Source: Treponema sp. UBA6852 (GTDB lineage: Bacteria; Spirochaetota; Spirochaetia; Treponematales; Treponemataceae). Taken from it: a DNA stretch of 64,000 bases. The notes beneath the pieces are model-generated. The model worked only from the letters and a program-made list of their open reading frames with translations, was not told where the DNA came from and did not search any database. Position numbers and translations under genes: made by a program. The first letter of the stretch is position 1, and each line of letters opens with the position of its first letter. Shown one piece after another: positions 8,825-18,510 of the stretch. The DNA lies in assembly GCF_002449305.1 (NCBI RefSeq), contig NZ_DKDI01000034.1; one strand, 5' to 3'.

Positions 8825-10813
8825 ATGAACTACGGATTTTTCAGAGTTGCAAGCGTGTCCCCTTCACTTTCTGTGGCGGATTGCGACTTCAACTCTAAGC
8901 AGATAATTGAACTTGTAAAAAAAGCCCAAGACAAAAAAATAAAGCTTCTCGTTTTTCCAGAGCTTTCTATTTGCGCCTATACTTGCGCTGATTTATTCGC
9001 ACAAAAAAAACTTCAGGAAGAATGTTATATTGCCCTAAAAAATATTTGCGCTGAAACAAAAAACTGCAATGTTCTTTTTTGCGTTGGACTTCCTGTTGAA
9101 CTGGATTCAGAGCGGTTCAACTGCGCAGCTTTTATTTATAAAGGAAAAGTTCTTGCTTTTATTCCAAAGTCCTTTATTCCAAACTATTCTGAATTCTATG
9201 AAAGCCGCTGGTTTGCTTCATTTTCTGAAAACACAGTAAAACAAGTTTCAGTTTTCAAAGGCTTGGAAGACATTCCGTTTGGCACAAATATTTTTATTCA
9301 AGATGAAAATGATTCTTCCATAAAAATTTCCGCAGAACTTTGCGAAGATTTGTGGGTTCCGTTTTCACCTTCAACAAGACACGCCATAAACGGAGCTACA
9401 ATAATTGCAAATTTAAGCGCAAGCAATGAAGTCGCAGGAAAAGCTGAATACAGAAGGATGCTTGTAGCAGGTCATTCCGCAAAAACAGTGGGCGCATACA
9501 TTTACGCAAACGCAAGCCACGACGAAAGTTCAACCGACATGATTTTCAGCGGACACAGCATCATTGCAGCAAACGGAGCAATAAAAGCAGAATCCTCCCT
9601 TTTTGAAAACACACAGGACTTTCTTATAGCGGACATCGATTTAGAAAAGCTCACACAAGACAGAGTAAAATCCACAACTTTTTCAAGAAGCACAAGTTTT
9701 GCAAAGTCTGAATACAAGACAATTTTTGTAAGCGGACTTCAGCAGGAGTTTTTTGCCGACAACATAGACGAACATCTTTATGAGAAAATTGCTCTTCATC
9801 CATTTGTACCTTCTGATATTCAAAAAAGAAAAGAACGATGTTTTTCTATAATCGAAATGCAGTCGGAAGGACTTGCAAAACGGCTAAGGCATATTCATTC
9901 GCAGGGAGCAGTCATAGGACTTAGCGGCGGACTAGATTCAACTTTGGCACTTTTAGTATGCGCAAGAGCTTTTGACAAATGCAATATTTCAAGGCAAAAA
10001 ATTTTTTCTATAACGATGCCTGCATTCGGAACAACAGACAGAACGTTCAACAATGCCTGCCTGCTCGCAAATGAAATGGGAACAACTTTAAAAGAAATAA
10101 ATATCAAGGATGCCGTAATTCAACATTTTAAAGATATAGGACAAGACATAAACACGCACGATGTAACTTACGAAAATTGTCAGGCACGCGAGCGTACTCA
10201 AGTTCTTATGGATTTTGCAAACAAGTGCAATGGAATCGTAATCGGAACTGGAGATTTAAGCGAACTCGCGCTTGGATGGTGCACTTACAACGGCGATCAA
10301 ATGAGCATGTACGGCGTAAATTCCAGCATTCCAAAAACTTTAGTCCGCCACCTTGTTTCTTGGTTTGCTGACGAAGCGCTTGAAAAGAAAAACAAAAGTC
10401 TTTCAGATGTTCTGAATGATATTCTTGCAACTCCTGTAAGCCCGGAACTTCTTCCTCCTTCAGAAGGAAAAATAAGTCAGAAAACAGAAGAAATTGTAGG
10501 TCCTTACGAGCTTCATGATTTTTTTCTTTACTATGTTTTGCGCTGGGGATTTTCTCCACGGAAAATTTATTTTCTTGCGCAAAAAGCATTTCTTGGAAAA
10601 GAAGATAAGGCGACAAAAACAATATACACAAAAGAAATCATCTTAAAATGGCTCAAGAATTTCTACAAAAGATTTTTTAGCCAGCAGTTCAAAAGAAGCT
10701 GTATGCCAGACGGAGCAAAAGTTGGAACAGTAAATCTTTCGCCAAGAGGAGACTGGAGAATGCCTAGCGATGCAAACGCGCAGCTTTGGATAAAGGAAAT
10801 TGAAAAATGCTAA
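8825..10813 (+). CDS. nadE: glutamine-dependent NAD+ synthetase
   Basis: N-terminal CN-hydrolase (nitrilase-like) domain plus C-terminal synthetase with PP-loop GLSGGLDSTL. 662 aa is typical of the fused form. Confidence 0.85.
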   Translation: MNYGFFRVASVSPSLSVADCDFNSKQIIELVKKAQDKKIKLLVFPELSICAYTCADLFAQKKLQEECYIALKNICAETKNCNVLFCVGLPVELDSERFNCAAFIYKGKVLAFIPKSFIPNYSEFYESRWFASFSENTVKQVSVFKGLEDIPFGTNIFIQDENDSSIKISAELCEDLWVPFSPSTRHAINGATIIANLSASNEVAGKAEYRRMLVAGHSAKTVGAYIYANASHDESSTDMIFSGHSIIAANGAIKAESSLFENTQDFLIADIDLEKLTQDRVKSTTFSRSTSFAKSEYKTIFVSGLQQEFFADNIDEHLYEKIALHPFVPSDIQKRKERCFSIIEMQSEGLAKRLRHIHSQGAVIGLSGGLDSTLALLVCARAFDKCNISRQKIFSITMPAFGTTDRTFNNACLLANEMGTTLKEINIKDAVIQHFKDIGQDINTHDVTYENCQARERTQVLMDFANKCNGIVIGTGDLSELALGWCTYNGDQMSMYGVNSSIPKTLVRHLVSWFADEALEKKNKSLSDVLNDILATPVSPELLPPSEGKISQKTEEIVGPYELHDFFLYYVLRWGFSPRKIYFLAQKAFLGKEDKATKTIYTKEIILKWLKNFYKRFFSQQFKRSCMPDGAKVGTVNLSPRGDWRMPSDANAQLWIKEIEKC

Positions 10814-11649
10814 GCTATCAGCACGAGTATCACGCCGGAAACCTTGCAGACGTTTTAAAGCACACTAGCCTTTGCCTGATTTTGGATTCCCTTTGCAAAA
10901 AAGAAAAGCCTTTTACAATAATAGACAGCCATTCAGGAGCCGGAATATTCAATCTTGATGACGAGCGGAGCTTAAAAACAAACGAAGCAAAAGACGGAAT
11001 AGAAAAAATATACAGATTCTACAAACGGACTTCGCAAGAATTTCCGCACGGCTTAAAGGAATACATCGAACGTGAATCTCCCTATCTTGAAGAAAAAAAA
11101 TACGCAGGAAGCCCGGAACTTGAACACCTTTATTCAAGAGAAAAAGACAGCCTCCATTTTATAGAAAAGCATCCGCAAGCACTTGAATCCTTAAAAAACA
11201 ACATGAAAAGCCGCAAAGCCGTAATTCACAATGAAGACAGCTACAAGGCTCTTTGCGCGCTCACACCGCCGCTAATAAAACGCGGACTTGTTCTGTGCGA
11301 CCCAAGCTACGAAGACTCAGAGGATTACAAAAAAGTTTGCGACGCATTAAAAATTGTAAGAAGAAAATGGAACACGGCCATTATCGCGCTTTGGTATCCG
11401 CTTTTGCTCCGCCGAAAAAATGAAACTTCTCAGCTTCTAACAGAACTTGAAGACTTCTGCAAGTTAGGAACAACTCCTTGCGAAAGCTTTAAAATCGAGC
11501 TAATCACAAAAAATCCAGAGGAAACAAAAATAGAAACCGGCTCCCATCTTTACGGAAGCGGAATGTTTATAATGAATCCGCCATGGAAACTAAAGGAAGA
11601 TTTGGAAAAAAACTGCGCATTTATAAATAAAATCCTTGAAATTTTATAA
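10807..11649 (+). CDS. rlmJ: 23S rRNA (adenine-N6)-methyltransferase RlmJ
   Basis: N-terminus MLSYQHEYHAGNLADVLKH matches the RlmJ signature, and the DPSYE catalytic motif is present. 7-nt overlap with nadE. Confidence 0.8.
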   Translation: MLSYQHEYHAGNLADVLKHTSLCLILDSLCKKEKPFTIIDSHSGAGIFNLDDERSLKTNEAKDGIEKIYRFYKRTSQEFPHGLKEYIERESPYLEEKKYAGSPELEHLYSREKDSLHFIEKHPQALESLKNNMKSRKAVIHNEDSYKALCALTPPLIKRGLVLCDPSYEDSEDYKKVCDALKIVRRKWNTAIIALWYPLLLRRKNETSQLLTELEDFCKLGTTPCESFKIELITKNPEETKIETGSHLYGSGMFIMNPPWKLKEDLEKNCAFINKILEIL

Positions 11650-11652
11650 GAG

Positions 11653-12474
11653 TTAGTCGTTGTACCATTCTTCTTTTATTGAAATCGAGCCAAGGTGAAG
11701 CAATTTGCTGTAGGAAGGTGAATAACTTGAATCCCGCCCCACAGAAACCGCCCACATATCAACATACCAGACTCCGTCCTCAGAACTAGAACTTGACCAG
11801 TTTACATCTTCATCACTTGAAACAGGAAGCGGATTATCGTTGTCAGTTTTCTTAAAGTCAAATCCGTAGCCTGAGCCAGAACTAATATTGCGCAAAGGCT
11901 TTCCAATTAAAGTTACACCGCTTGAACCTAAAACATAACTTTCCATTGCAGAAGTTCCGTAGCAGACGGCAGCAGAGTATCCATCTTCTTCACCATAGCT
12001 ATTCAAGCGGATATAAACATATCGGTCGTCATTATTTTCTGGAATCAAAGGGGTTTTATTATAGGAAGAAAACAAAAGCGTCTTGTAATTTCTTGAGTTT
12101 ATAATATTTGTTGCCGCAGCTGAAACATCACTGCTTGAATTCAATGTGTCAATCGAACTTTGCGCGCTGACCATTGTAGAATAATTATTATAAATCTTGT
12201 AATAAACTTCAGTGCCAAGGAAAGAAAAATCAGACGAGCCGTAATCAGAATTATCGCCTTCTTCATTGGTTAAAAAAGAAAAATAAAGCTGAGCCCTATC
12301 ATCGCTTGTGTATTTTGTTGTGTGCCCATCAGTCTTTGGCGGCTCAAGGTAATAAAAAGTGTCAAGTCCGCAACTGGCAAAAAGCACGGCAAATAAAAAA
12401 AAGGCGGTCTTTAATTTTTTTGCAAAACAAACACCGCCAATTTTTTCTTTATAAGAACACTGATTTTTAGTCAA
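11653..12474 (-). CDS. hypothetical lipoprotein (Ser/Asp/Tyr-rich)
   Basis: Signal peptide with lipobox LFASC. No recognisable catalytic motif. 8-nt overlap with the upstream TPR gene. Confidence 0.5.
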   Translation of the reverse strand: MTKNQCSYKEKIGGVCFAKKLKTAFFLFAVLFASCGLDTFYYLEPPKTDGHTTKYTSDDRAQLYFSFLTNEEGDNSDYGSSDFSFLGTEVYYKIYNNYSTMVSAQSSIDTLNSSSDVSAAATNIINSRNYKTLLFSSYNKTPLIPENNDDRYVYIRLNSYGEEDGYSAAVCYGTSAMESYVLGSSGVTLIGKPLRNISSGSGYGFDFKKTDNDNPLPVSSDEDVNWSSSSSEDGVWYVDMWAVSVGRDSSYSPSYSKLLHLGSISIKEEWYND

Positions 12475-13141
12475 TTTTTCCTTTTGCCTTTAAATCAATA
12501 AGGCGGCTTTCAGAAAGATTTGCCCACTCGTATCCGCTATAAGAATCAACAGTTTTTTGATAAAGCTCCGCGGCATTAGAATAGTTTTCTGAAACTTCGC
12601 AAACTCTTGCAGCATTAAAAAGCGCATGAGAAGCAAGGTAAAAATCCTCAGTATCTGCAGCAACTTTATAATAAGCCACAGCATCGTCATTTTTAGAAAG
12701 TTCTTCTGCGCAAACACCGGCATTGTACATACATTCTGCATAAGTATAAGCTTTTTTAGAAGCATTAGCAGCTTTTAAGTAGCAGTCAAGTGCTTTTGTA
12801 AAATCCTTCTTTGCAAAGGCAATGTCAGCGTAAAGCATATTGGCGCGCACACCGGCAATATTTTTCTTTGAAAGATAAGGCGCAAGAGCTTCTTCTGCCT
12901 TTGCCTGACGAGAAGAAGCTTCATCTTCCTCTATTTCGCCAGATTTTGCAGCATAAGAATATTCAATTGAATCAATGGCAGCAAGATCTTTTTTCTTATT
13001 TGAATCAGAAATTGCAAATACAGTGCAAACAACTACAGCGGCAACAACTAAAACGGCTACTCCGCAAATAAATATTTTTCTATTTTTAATAATAAAATCT
13101 TCAATTTTTGCATTTGCAGTAGCTTTTTTTTCCTTAGACAT
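12467..13141 (-). CDS. membrane-anchored TPR-like repeat protein
   Basis: N-terminal TM helix (IFICGVAVLVVAAVVVCTVFAI) followed by Ala/Tyr-rich helical repeats of TPR type. Confidence 0.5.
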   Translation of the reverse strand: MSKEKKATANAKIEDFIIKNRKIFICGVAVLVVAAVVVCTVFAISDSNKKKDLAAIDSIEYSYAAKSGEIEEDEASSRQAKAEEALAPYLSKKNIAGVRANMLYADIAFAKKDFTKALDCYLKAANASKKAYTYAECMYNAGVCAEELSKNDDAVAYYKVAADTEDFYLASHALFNAARVCEVSENYSNAAELYQKTVDSYSGYEWANLSESRLIDLKAKGKID

Positions 13142-13163
13142 TTTTTACTCCGAATATTTTTTT

Positions 13164-13192
13164 ATTATATAGAATATCAGTCTTTTTGTCAA
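13164..13192 (-). promoter_or_regulatory. consensus sigma70 promoter (TTGACA-17 nt-TATAAT) for the TPR-lipoprotein operon
   Basis: The minus strand reads TTGACAaaaagactgatattctaTATAAT (-35 at 13187-13192, -10 at 13164-13169). A GGAG Shine-Dalgarno follows, before the ATG at 13141. Confidence 0.7.
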
Positions 13193-13203
13193 AACCTTGA
13201 AAG

Positions 13204-14751
13204 TCAAGTCCTGCGGATATTCAGTTCAGAAATAAGCTTTGAAACATAAGTGCGCTGAATATCAAGAATTTTTGCGGCGGCAGTCTGATTCCAGTTTGTT
13301 TCTCTTAGAATTCTTTCAACATACTGTCTTTTAAATTCCGAAAGCGCATTTTTTAAGCTGCGGTCTTTCATAAGCGAAAGTTCTTCTGCGCAGTTTTGAA
13401 TTTCTTCTGTTTCTGGCAAATTTTCAGAATCCACGGGAAGCCGTAAATCATTTAGTTGAATAAAAGGCGGATTTCCGATTATGCAAGCCCTTTCAATTGT
13501 ATTTTCAAGCTCGCGGATATTTCCAGGCCACATATAAGAATAAATTGCTTTTTTTGCAGCTTCTGAAAATCCAAGGAATTCTTTATGTATTTCAGCCTTG
13601 AATTTATTCAAAAAGAATTCGCACAAATCTTCAAGTTCATCCCTGCGCTCCCTCAAAGGCGGAACTGCAATCGGAAGAACATTCAGCCTAAAATACAAGT
13701 CGCTTCTAAAAGTTCCTTGTTTTATCATTGCTTCCAAGTCGCGGTTTGTTGCGGCAATAATTCTCACATCAACTGAAATTGTGTCGCAAGAACCAACTCG
13801 CTCAAACTTTTTTTCCTGAATCACACGCAAAAGCTTAGCCTGCAAATCAAAAGGCAACTCGCCAATCTCATCAAGAAAAATTGTTCCGCCGTCAGCCATT
13901 TCAAAGCGGCCTTTTCTTGAAGAAACAGCATCGGTAAAAGCGCCTTTTACGTGTCCAAAGAATTCAGATTCAAGAAGCGACGGACTTAAAGAAGCGCAGC
14001 TCACGCGGACAAAAGGCTTATTTTTTCTGTTGCTCAAAAGGTGAATCTGCTCTGCAAAAAGCTCTTTTCCAACTCCGCTTTCACCGGTAATCAAAACAGA
14101 AGAATTAATCGCAGAAGCACGCTTTATATTTTCAATTAACGAAAGAACAAGCGGATTCCGCGCAATAAAAGGATGATAGTCTTTGCCAGCGTCAACAACA
14201 TATTGAAGAGCGTTAAGCTGAACTTTATTTTTTCTGTAGCGCAAGGCATTTTGGTATGCAACAGCCGCCTGCTCGCCCAAAAGCTCAAGAATTTCAAGGT
14301 CGTCGGCAGTAAAGTCGCCTTTATTTTCCTTATTAATCAACTCAATAACGCCAACACAATCACCTTTCACGCTCATAGGAAAAGCAATCATGTTTCTTGT
14401 AACATATTTTGTTGTGTTTTGAACTGTGGAATTAAAGCGAGGATCACTGTTTACATCGTTGATTATGACCGACTGACAATTTTCAGCAACCCAGCCAGCA
14501 ATTGATTCTTTTTCAACAAGGATTTTCTTAACTTCGGAATTTTTAGGACCAAGACTGATATAAAATTCTAGTGAATTGATTTCTTTCCGCACAAGGAGGA
14601 GAGATGCGGCTTCACATTTAACCATAAGCATTGCTGATTCCAAAATTGAAACCAGCAATGTATCTGGATCCGCATAATTTAAATTTATGCGTGTATTAAT
14701 TTCAATGAGTGACTTTAGCCTGTCTAAAGAAATTAAGCTGTTTCCACTCAT
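13204..14751 (-). CDS. sigma-54-dependent transcriptional activator with an N-terminal GAF domain
   Basis: AAA+ Walker A GESGVGKELFA, GAFTDA loop (a variant of GAFTGA), C-terminal Fis-type HTH (WNQTAAAKILDIQRTYV), N-terminal GAF-like region. Confidence 0.85.
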   Translation of the reverse strand: MSGNSLISLDRLKSLIEINTRINLNYADPDTLLVSILESAMLMVKCEAASLLLVRKEINSLEFYISLGPKNSEVKKILVEKESIAGWVAENCQSVIINDVNSDPRFNSTVQNTTKYVTRNMIAFPMSVKGDCVGVIELINKENKGDFTADDLEILELLGEQAAVAYQNALRYRKNKVQLNALQYVVDAGKDYHPFIARNPLVLSLIENIKRASAINSSVLITGESGVGKELFAEQIHLLSNRKNKPFVRVSCASLSPSLLESEFFGHVKGAFTDAVSSRKGRFEMADGGTIFLDEIGELPFDLQAKLLRVIQEKKFERVGSCDTISVDVRIIAATNRDLEAMIKQGTFRSDLYFRLNVLPIAVPPLRERRDELEDLCEFFLNKFKAEIHKEFLGFSEAAKKAIYSYMWPGNIRELENTIERACIIGNPPFIQLNDLRLPVDSENLPETEEIQNCAEELSLMKDRSLKNALSEFKRQYVERILRETNWNQTAAAKILDIQRTYVSKLISELNIRRT

Positions 14752-14762
14752 TGATTTTGTTT

Positions 14763-17108
14763 TTACTCTGCGTGGCTCTTTACGCTGTCGCCAATTGTGT
14801 AAGCCCTGTCATCATTGCTAGAAGACATATACTGTGAAATTTCAGCGCGATCCTGAGCTCTCTTGTATTCTTTTACAGAGAAAGCAACACGCTCTTTGTC
14901 CACATCAATTGAAACAACATAAACATTAACTTTATCGCCAACATTGTATTTCTTTACAGCTTCTTCAAACGGAACATCACGGTCATCGCTAAGGTTTGCC
15001 TTGTTAACAAGACCTTCAATTCCATTAGGAGCTTTTACAAAAATTCCAAAGTCATTGATAGAAGTAACTTCGCCTTCAAGAGTTCCACCAACTCTATATT
15101 CCTCAGCAAAAGCCTTCCATGGATTGTCTGTAAGCTGCTTTACGCCAACGCGGATTCTGTGGTTTTCTGGATCGCAGTCCAAAACAACAACATCCAAAGG
15201 CTGGTCAACTTTGATTTCACTTCCAGGATGCTTGATTTTCTTTGTCCAAGAAAGATCCTCGCCAGCAAGGAAAGCGTCAATGCCTTCTTCAAGCTGAACA
15301 AATGCACCGCTGTTTGCAATCTTTACAACTTTTCCAGAAACTTTTGTTCCTACAGGATATTTGTCAGCAATTGAATCCCAAGGATTTTCTGTAACCTGCT
15401 TAAGACCAAGAGAAACACGTCCGCCCTGAATATCATAGCCAAGAATCATGCATTCAACTTCATCGCCTTCTTTTACCATGTCAGACGGCTTGTTGATTTT
15501 CTTTGTCCAGCTGAATTCAGAAATATGGGCTAGACCTTCAATTCCTTCTTCAAGCTCAATAAATGCGCCAAAGTCAGGAACTTTTGTAACTTTTCCCTTT
15601 ACAATATCATTTACATGGTACTTTTCTTCAAAGTGAACCCACGGATCTTCTGTAAAATGCTTAAGAGAAAGGTTGATTCTCTTTCCCTCTGGATCAAGGC
15701 GGATAACTTTAAGCTCTATTTCCTGACCTTTTTTTACAAAATCCTTTGGACGAGTTACGTGTCCCCAGCTCATATCATTAATATGAAGAAGACCGTCAAA
15801 TCCGCCAAGGTCAATAAATGCGCCGAAACTTGTGAATGACTTTACAACACCTTTTACAGTATCGCCAATCTTTACAGTTTCAAAGAATTTATCACGGTTT
15901 CCGTTAATCTGTTCTTCAAGATACTTGCGGCGGTTTACAACAACATTGCGCTTGCCGTTGCTATAAAGACGCTCAACATAGAACTTAGACTTTACGCCAA
16001 TAAGCTTGTCTTCTTTTTCAACTTTCTGAGCATCTGCCTGGCTGATTGGAAGGAATGCAGAAATTCCACCGCCAAGATTAACCATATATCCGCCTTTTGT
16101 AACAGAAGAAATTACACCTTCTACAGGAGTTTTCTGTTCAGCAGCAACTTTGAGCTCTTCCCAAAGGCGTTTTTCATCGGCCTTCTGCTTTGAAACAATA
16201 GGACCGTTTTTTCCAAACTGGCTTACGAGATATACTGTAATTACATCTCCCTCTTTTGGAAGGTTTCCAGCAAATTCAGATACAGGAATTTTTCCTTCTG
16301 ACTTGCAGTTTACGTCAACGAATACAATATCATCTGTAACTTGAACAACAGTAGCCTTTACATTAGCACCGTCTTCAACCGGCTCCATGTTATTAATAGA
16401 TGCTTCTAATTGTGTGTAAATGTTGTCGGAGCCCTGGGCACCATTCTTTTCCACTTCCTTTTCCATAGCAAACCCTTTTGATTTTATTTTGCTTTCGATT
16501 ATCGCACAAACATCATTTATGGTCAAGTCTGAAGTGTCGATATAGAATGCGTCTTTTGCTTTTTTTAGGGAGCCTTCCGCTTTATTTCTGTCCATTTCGT
16601 CGCGCTTGATTATGGCAGCCTTTATTTCTTCAAGTGAAAGTCCGCTCACGCCTTGATCAAAACGCCTCTTTGCCTGAACATCAATGCTAGCATCAAGATA
16701 AAACTTGAATTGCGCATCCGGGAACACAACAGTTGTCATGTCCCTTCCCTCGCAAATTATGCTAAGGCTTTTTACAATCTGTCTCATTCTTGAATTGACA
16801 AAATGCCGAAGTTCAACAAAAGAAGAAACTTTTGAAACGTTCGCGTCAACTTTGTCCTGATGAAGCAAATCGTCAACATCTTTTCCGTTTAAAATCAGCC
16901 TTGCATTCACATAGTCAAGCTTTTGCTTTTTTGCAAAGTCAACCACTGATTTTTCATCGTCAAGGTTTATTCCAGAATCAAGCAAAGCAAGCGTAAGCGC
17001 GCGGTAAAAGCTTCCGCTGTTCAAATATGTAAGGTTCAAGTCTTTTGCAACTTTTCCAGCAACCGTGCTTTTTCCTGTTCCTGCAGGACCGTCTATAGCA
17101 ACAACCAT
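14763..17108 (-). CDS. cmk-rpsA: bifunctional cytidylate kinase / 30S ribosomal protein S1 fusion
   Basis: N-terminal Cmk (VVAIDGPAGTGKSTVA) joined in one ORF to about six S1 OB-fold repeats (GxVxxxxxFGAFIxL pattern recurs). Confidence 0.9.
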   Translation of the reverse strand: MVVAIDGPAGTGKSTVAGKVAKDLNLTYLNSGSFYRALTLALLDSGINLDDEKSVVDFAKKQKLDYVNARLILNGKDVDDLLHQDKVDANVSKVSSFVELRHFVNSRMRQIVKSLSIICEGRDMTTVVFPDAQFKFYLDASIDVQAKRRFDQGVSGLSLEEIKAAIIKRDEMDRNKAEGSLKKAKDAFYIDTSDLTINDVCAIIESKIKSKGFAMEKEVEKNGAQGSDNIYTQLEASINNMEPVEDGANVKATVVQVTDDIVFVDVNCKSEGKIPVSEFAGNLPKEGDVITVYLVSQFGKNGPIVSKQKADEKRLWEELKVAAEQKTPVEGVISSVTKGGYMVNLGGGISAFLPISQADAQKVEKEDKLIGVKSKFYVERLYSNGKRNVVVNRRKYLEEQINGNRDKFFETVKIGDTVKGVVKSFTSFGAFIDLGGFDGLLHINDMSWGHVTRPKDFVKKGQEIELKVIRLDPEGKRINLSLKHFTEDPWVHFEEKYHVNDIVKGKVTKVPDFGAFIELEEGIEGLAHISEFSWTKKINKPSDMVKEGDEVECMILGYDIQGGRVSLGLKQVTENPWDSIADKYPVGTKVSGKVVKIANSGAFVQLEEGIDAFLAGEDLSWTKKIKHPGSEIKVDQPLDVVVLDCDPENHRIRVGVKQLTDNPWKAFAEEYRVGGTLEGEVTSINDFGIFVKAPNGIEGLVNKANLSDDRDVPFEEAVKKYNVGDKVNVYVVSIDVDKERVAFSVKEYKRAQDRAEISQYMSSSNDDRAYTIGDSVKSHAE

Positions 17109-17120
17109 AACAACCTCTTT

Positions 17121-17843
17121 TTAATTTTTGCAAAGCCTAAGGAGGGCTTTCACTTCATCCTGAGTCAAATCCCTGAACTGCCCAAACTGAAGCTCTCCAA
17201 CTCCAACGCAGCCAATTCTTATGCGCATAAGGCTTTTTATTCCGACTTCATACTTTTCAAACACACGGCGGATTTCGCGGTTTTTACCTTCAACAAGAAC
17301 AATTCTCATTCTATGCGAATTAAGCTCGCGGGCATCCTTGCAGCGGTAGAAAACTCCGTCGATTCTAATTCCGTCCATAAAGTCATCCGCAAGAAAACGC
17401 GGCATAGGAAGGCTTGTGTCTACAATGTACTCTTTTTCAAGTTCTGCGGAAGGATGTGAAAGTTTTGCAGCAAAGTCTCCATCATTTGTAAAAATAATAA
17501 GACCGCTTGAAAACATATCAAGCCTGCCAACATTGTAAAGACGCTCTGTATATGCTTCTTTAAGCAAGTCAGCCGCAACAGGACGGCCTTTCTCATCGCT
17601 TGCGGAACACACATACCCTGAAGGCTTATTTAAAAGGACATAACGTTTTTTTTCTTCAAGGTGGATTTCTTTTTCATCAACGCAAACTTTGTCTTGTGCG
17701 CTGACTTTAGTTCCAAGCTCTGTTACAACAGTTCCATTTACGCTAACACGTCCGGCGCAGATAATCGCTTCACTGGCACGGCGGCTTGCAACACCGCATT
17801 TAGCCATGTACTGTTGAAGACGCATAGCGTCTTCGAGGCGCAT
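17121..17843 (-). CDS. rluB: RsuA/RluB-family pseudouridine synthase
   Basis: MRLQQYMAKCGVASRR S4 N-terminus and GRLDMFSSGLIIFTNDG catalytic motif. I place the start at the Met at 17843 (or 17825). The longer listed ORF (to 17954) overlaps scpB by 83 nt. Confidence 0.8.
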   Translation of the reverse strand: MRLEDAMRLQQYMAKCGVASRRASEAIICAGRVSVNGTVVTELGTKVSAQDKVCVDEKEIHLEEKKRYVLLNKPSGYVCSASDEKGRPVAADLLKEAYTERLYNVGRLDMFSSGLIIFTNDGDFAAKLSHPSAELEKEYIVDTSLPMPRFLADDFMDGIRIDGVFYRCKDARELNSHRMRIVLVEGKNREIRRVFEKYEVGIKSLMRIRIGCVGVGELQFGQFRDLTQDEVKALLRLCKN

Positions 17844-17871
17844 AGCGTCTTCTTTCTTCTCTTTTGAATTA

Positions 17872-18510
17872 TTAACGGGCAAGTTCAAACCTCTCGCTTT
17901 CTTTTTCATCAAGCTGCGGCAAATCGGCAATGCTCTGCAAATGGAAGAATTCAAGGAATTCTTTTGTTGTGCCGTACATAACAGGTTTTCCGGGAATATC
18001 TTTTTTTCCGACTTCCTTTATAAATTTTCTGTCAAGCAAAACACGCATCATGTTGTCCACATTTACATGGCGGATGCTTTCGATTTCCGCACGCGTTATA
18101 GGCTGACTGTAAGCAATTATCGACAAAGTTTCAATAGCGGCGCGACTTAATCTGCCTTCATTCTTTTTTCCATACCGCTCTTTTACAAAGTCAAAGCATT
18201 CTCTTTTTGGCGTAAGAGTCCATCCGCCTATAATCATTGAAAGTTCAATTCCAGAATCAGCATTTGAATATTTTTCTTTTAAACGCTCAATGCATTCTTC
18301 AATTACATTAGGAGCCATTTTTGTTATCTTTGAAAGATTTTCAACAGTCTGAGGCTCGCTTTCCAAAAAAAGAACAGTTTCCAAAAGCGCAGTTTCTGTA
18401 TCAAGATTTAAATCTGCCCGACGTTTTTCAAGGTCGTTTTCAGCTTCATCCAAAGTATCTTCTGAAGCCTCTATATTTTCATTTACTTCTTTTTTTTCCT
18501 CTGAAATCAT
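17872..18510 (-). CDS. scpB: segregation and condensation protein B
   Basis: ALLETVLFLESEP and winged-helix ScpB pattern. The start chosen at 18510 gives an ATGA overlap with the scpA stop. Confidence 0.8.
   Translation of the reverse strand: MISEEKKEVNENIEASEDTLDEAENDLEKRRADLNLDTETALLETVLFLESEPQTVENLSKITKMAPNVIEECIERLKEKYSNADSGIELSMIIGGWTLTPKRECFDFVKERYGKKNEGRLSRAAIETLSIIAYSQPITRAEIESIRHVNVDNMMRVLLDRKFIKEVGKKDIPGKPVMYGTTKEFLEFFHLQSIADLPQLDEKESERFELAR

Noticed and set aside
13142-13203. Looked for a sigma-54 (TGGCAC-N5-TTGC) promoter near the GAF-type sigma-54 activator gene and elsewhere
   Set aside because: The adjacent operon has a perfect sigma70 promoter instead. The few TGGCAC-like strings I saw (for example near 9953 and 37097) have the wrong GG-GC spacing or lie inside genes. 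The regulator's target is probably outside this window.
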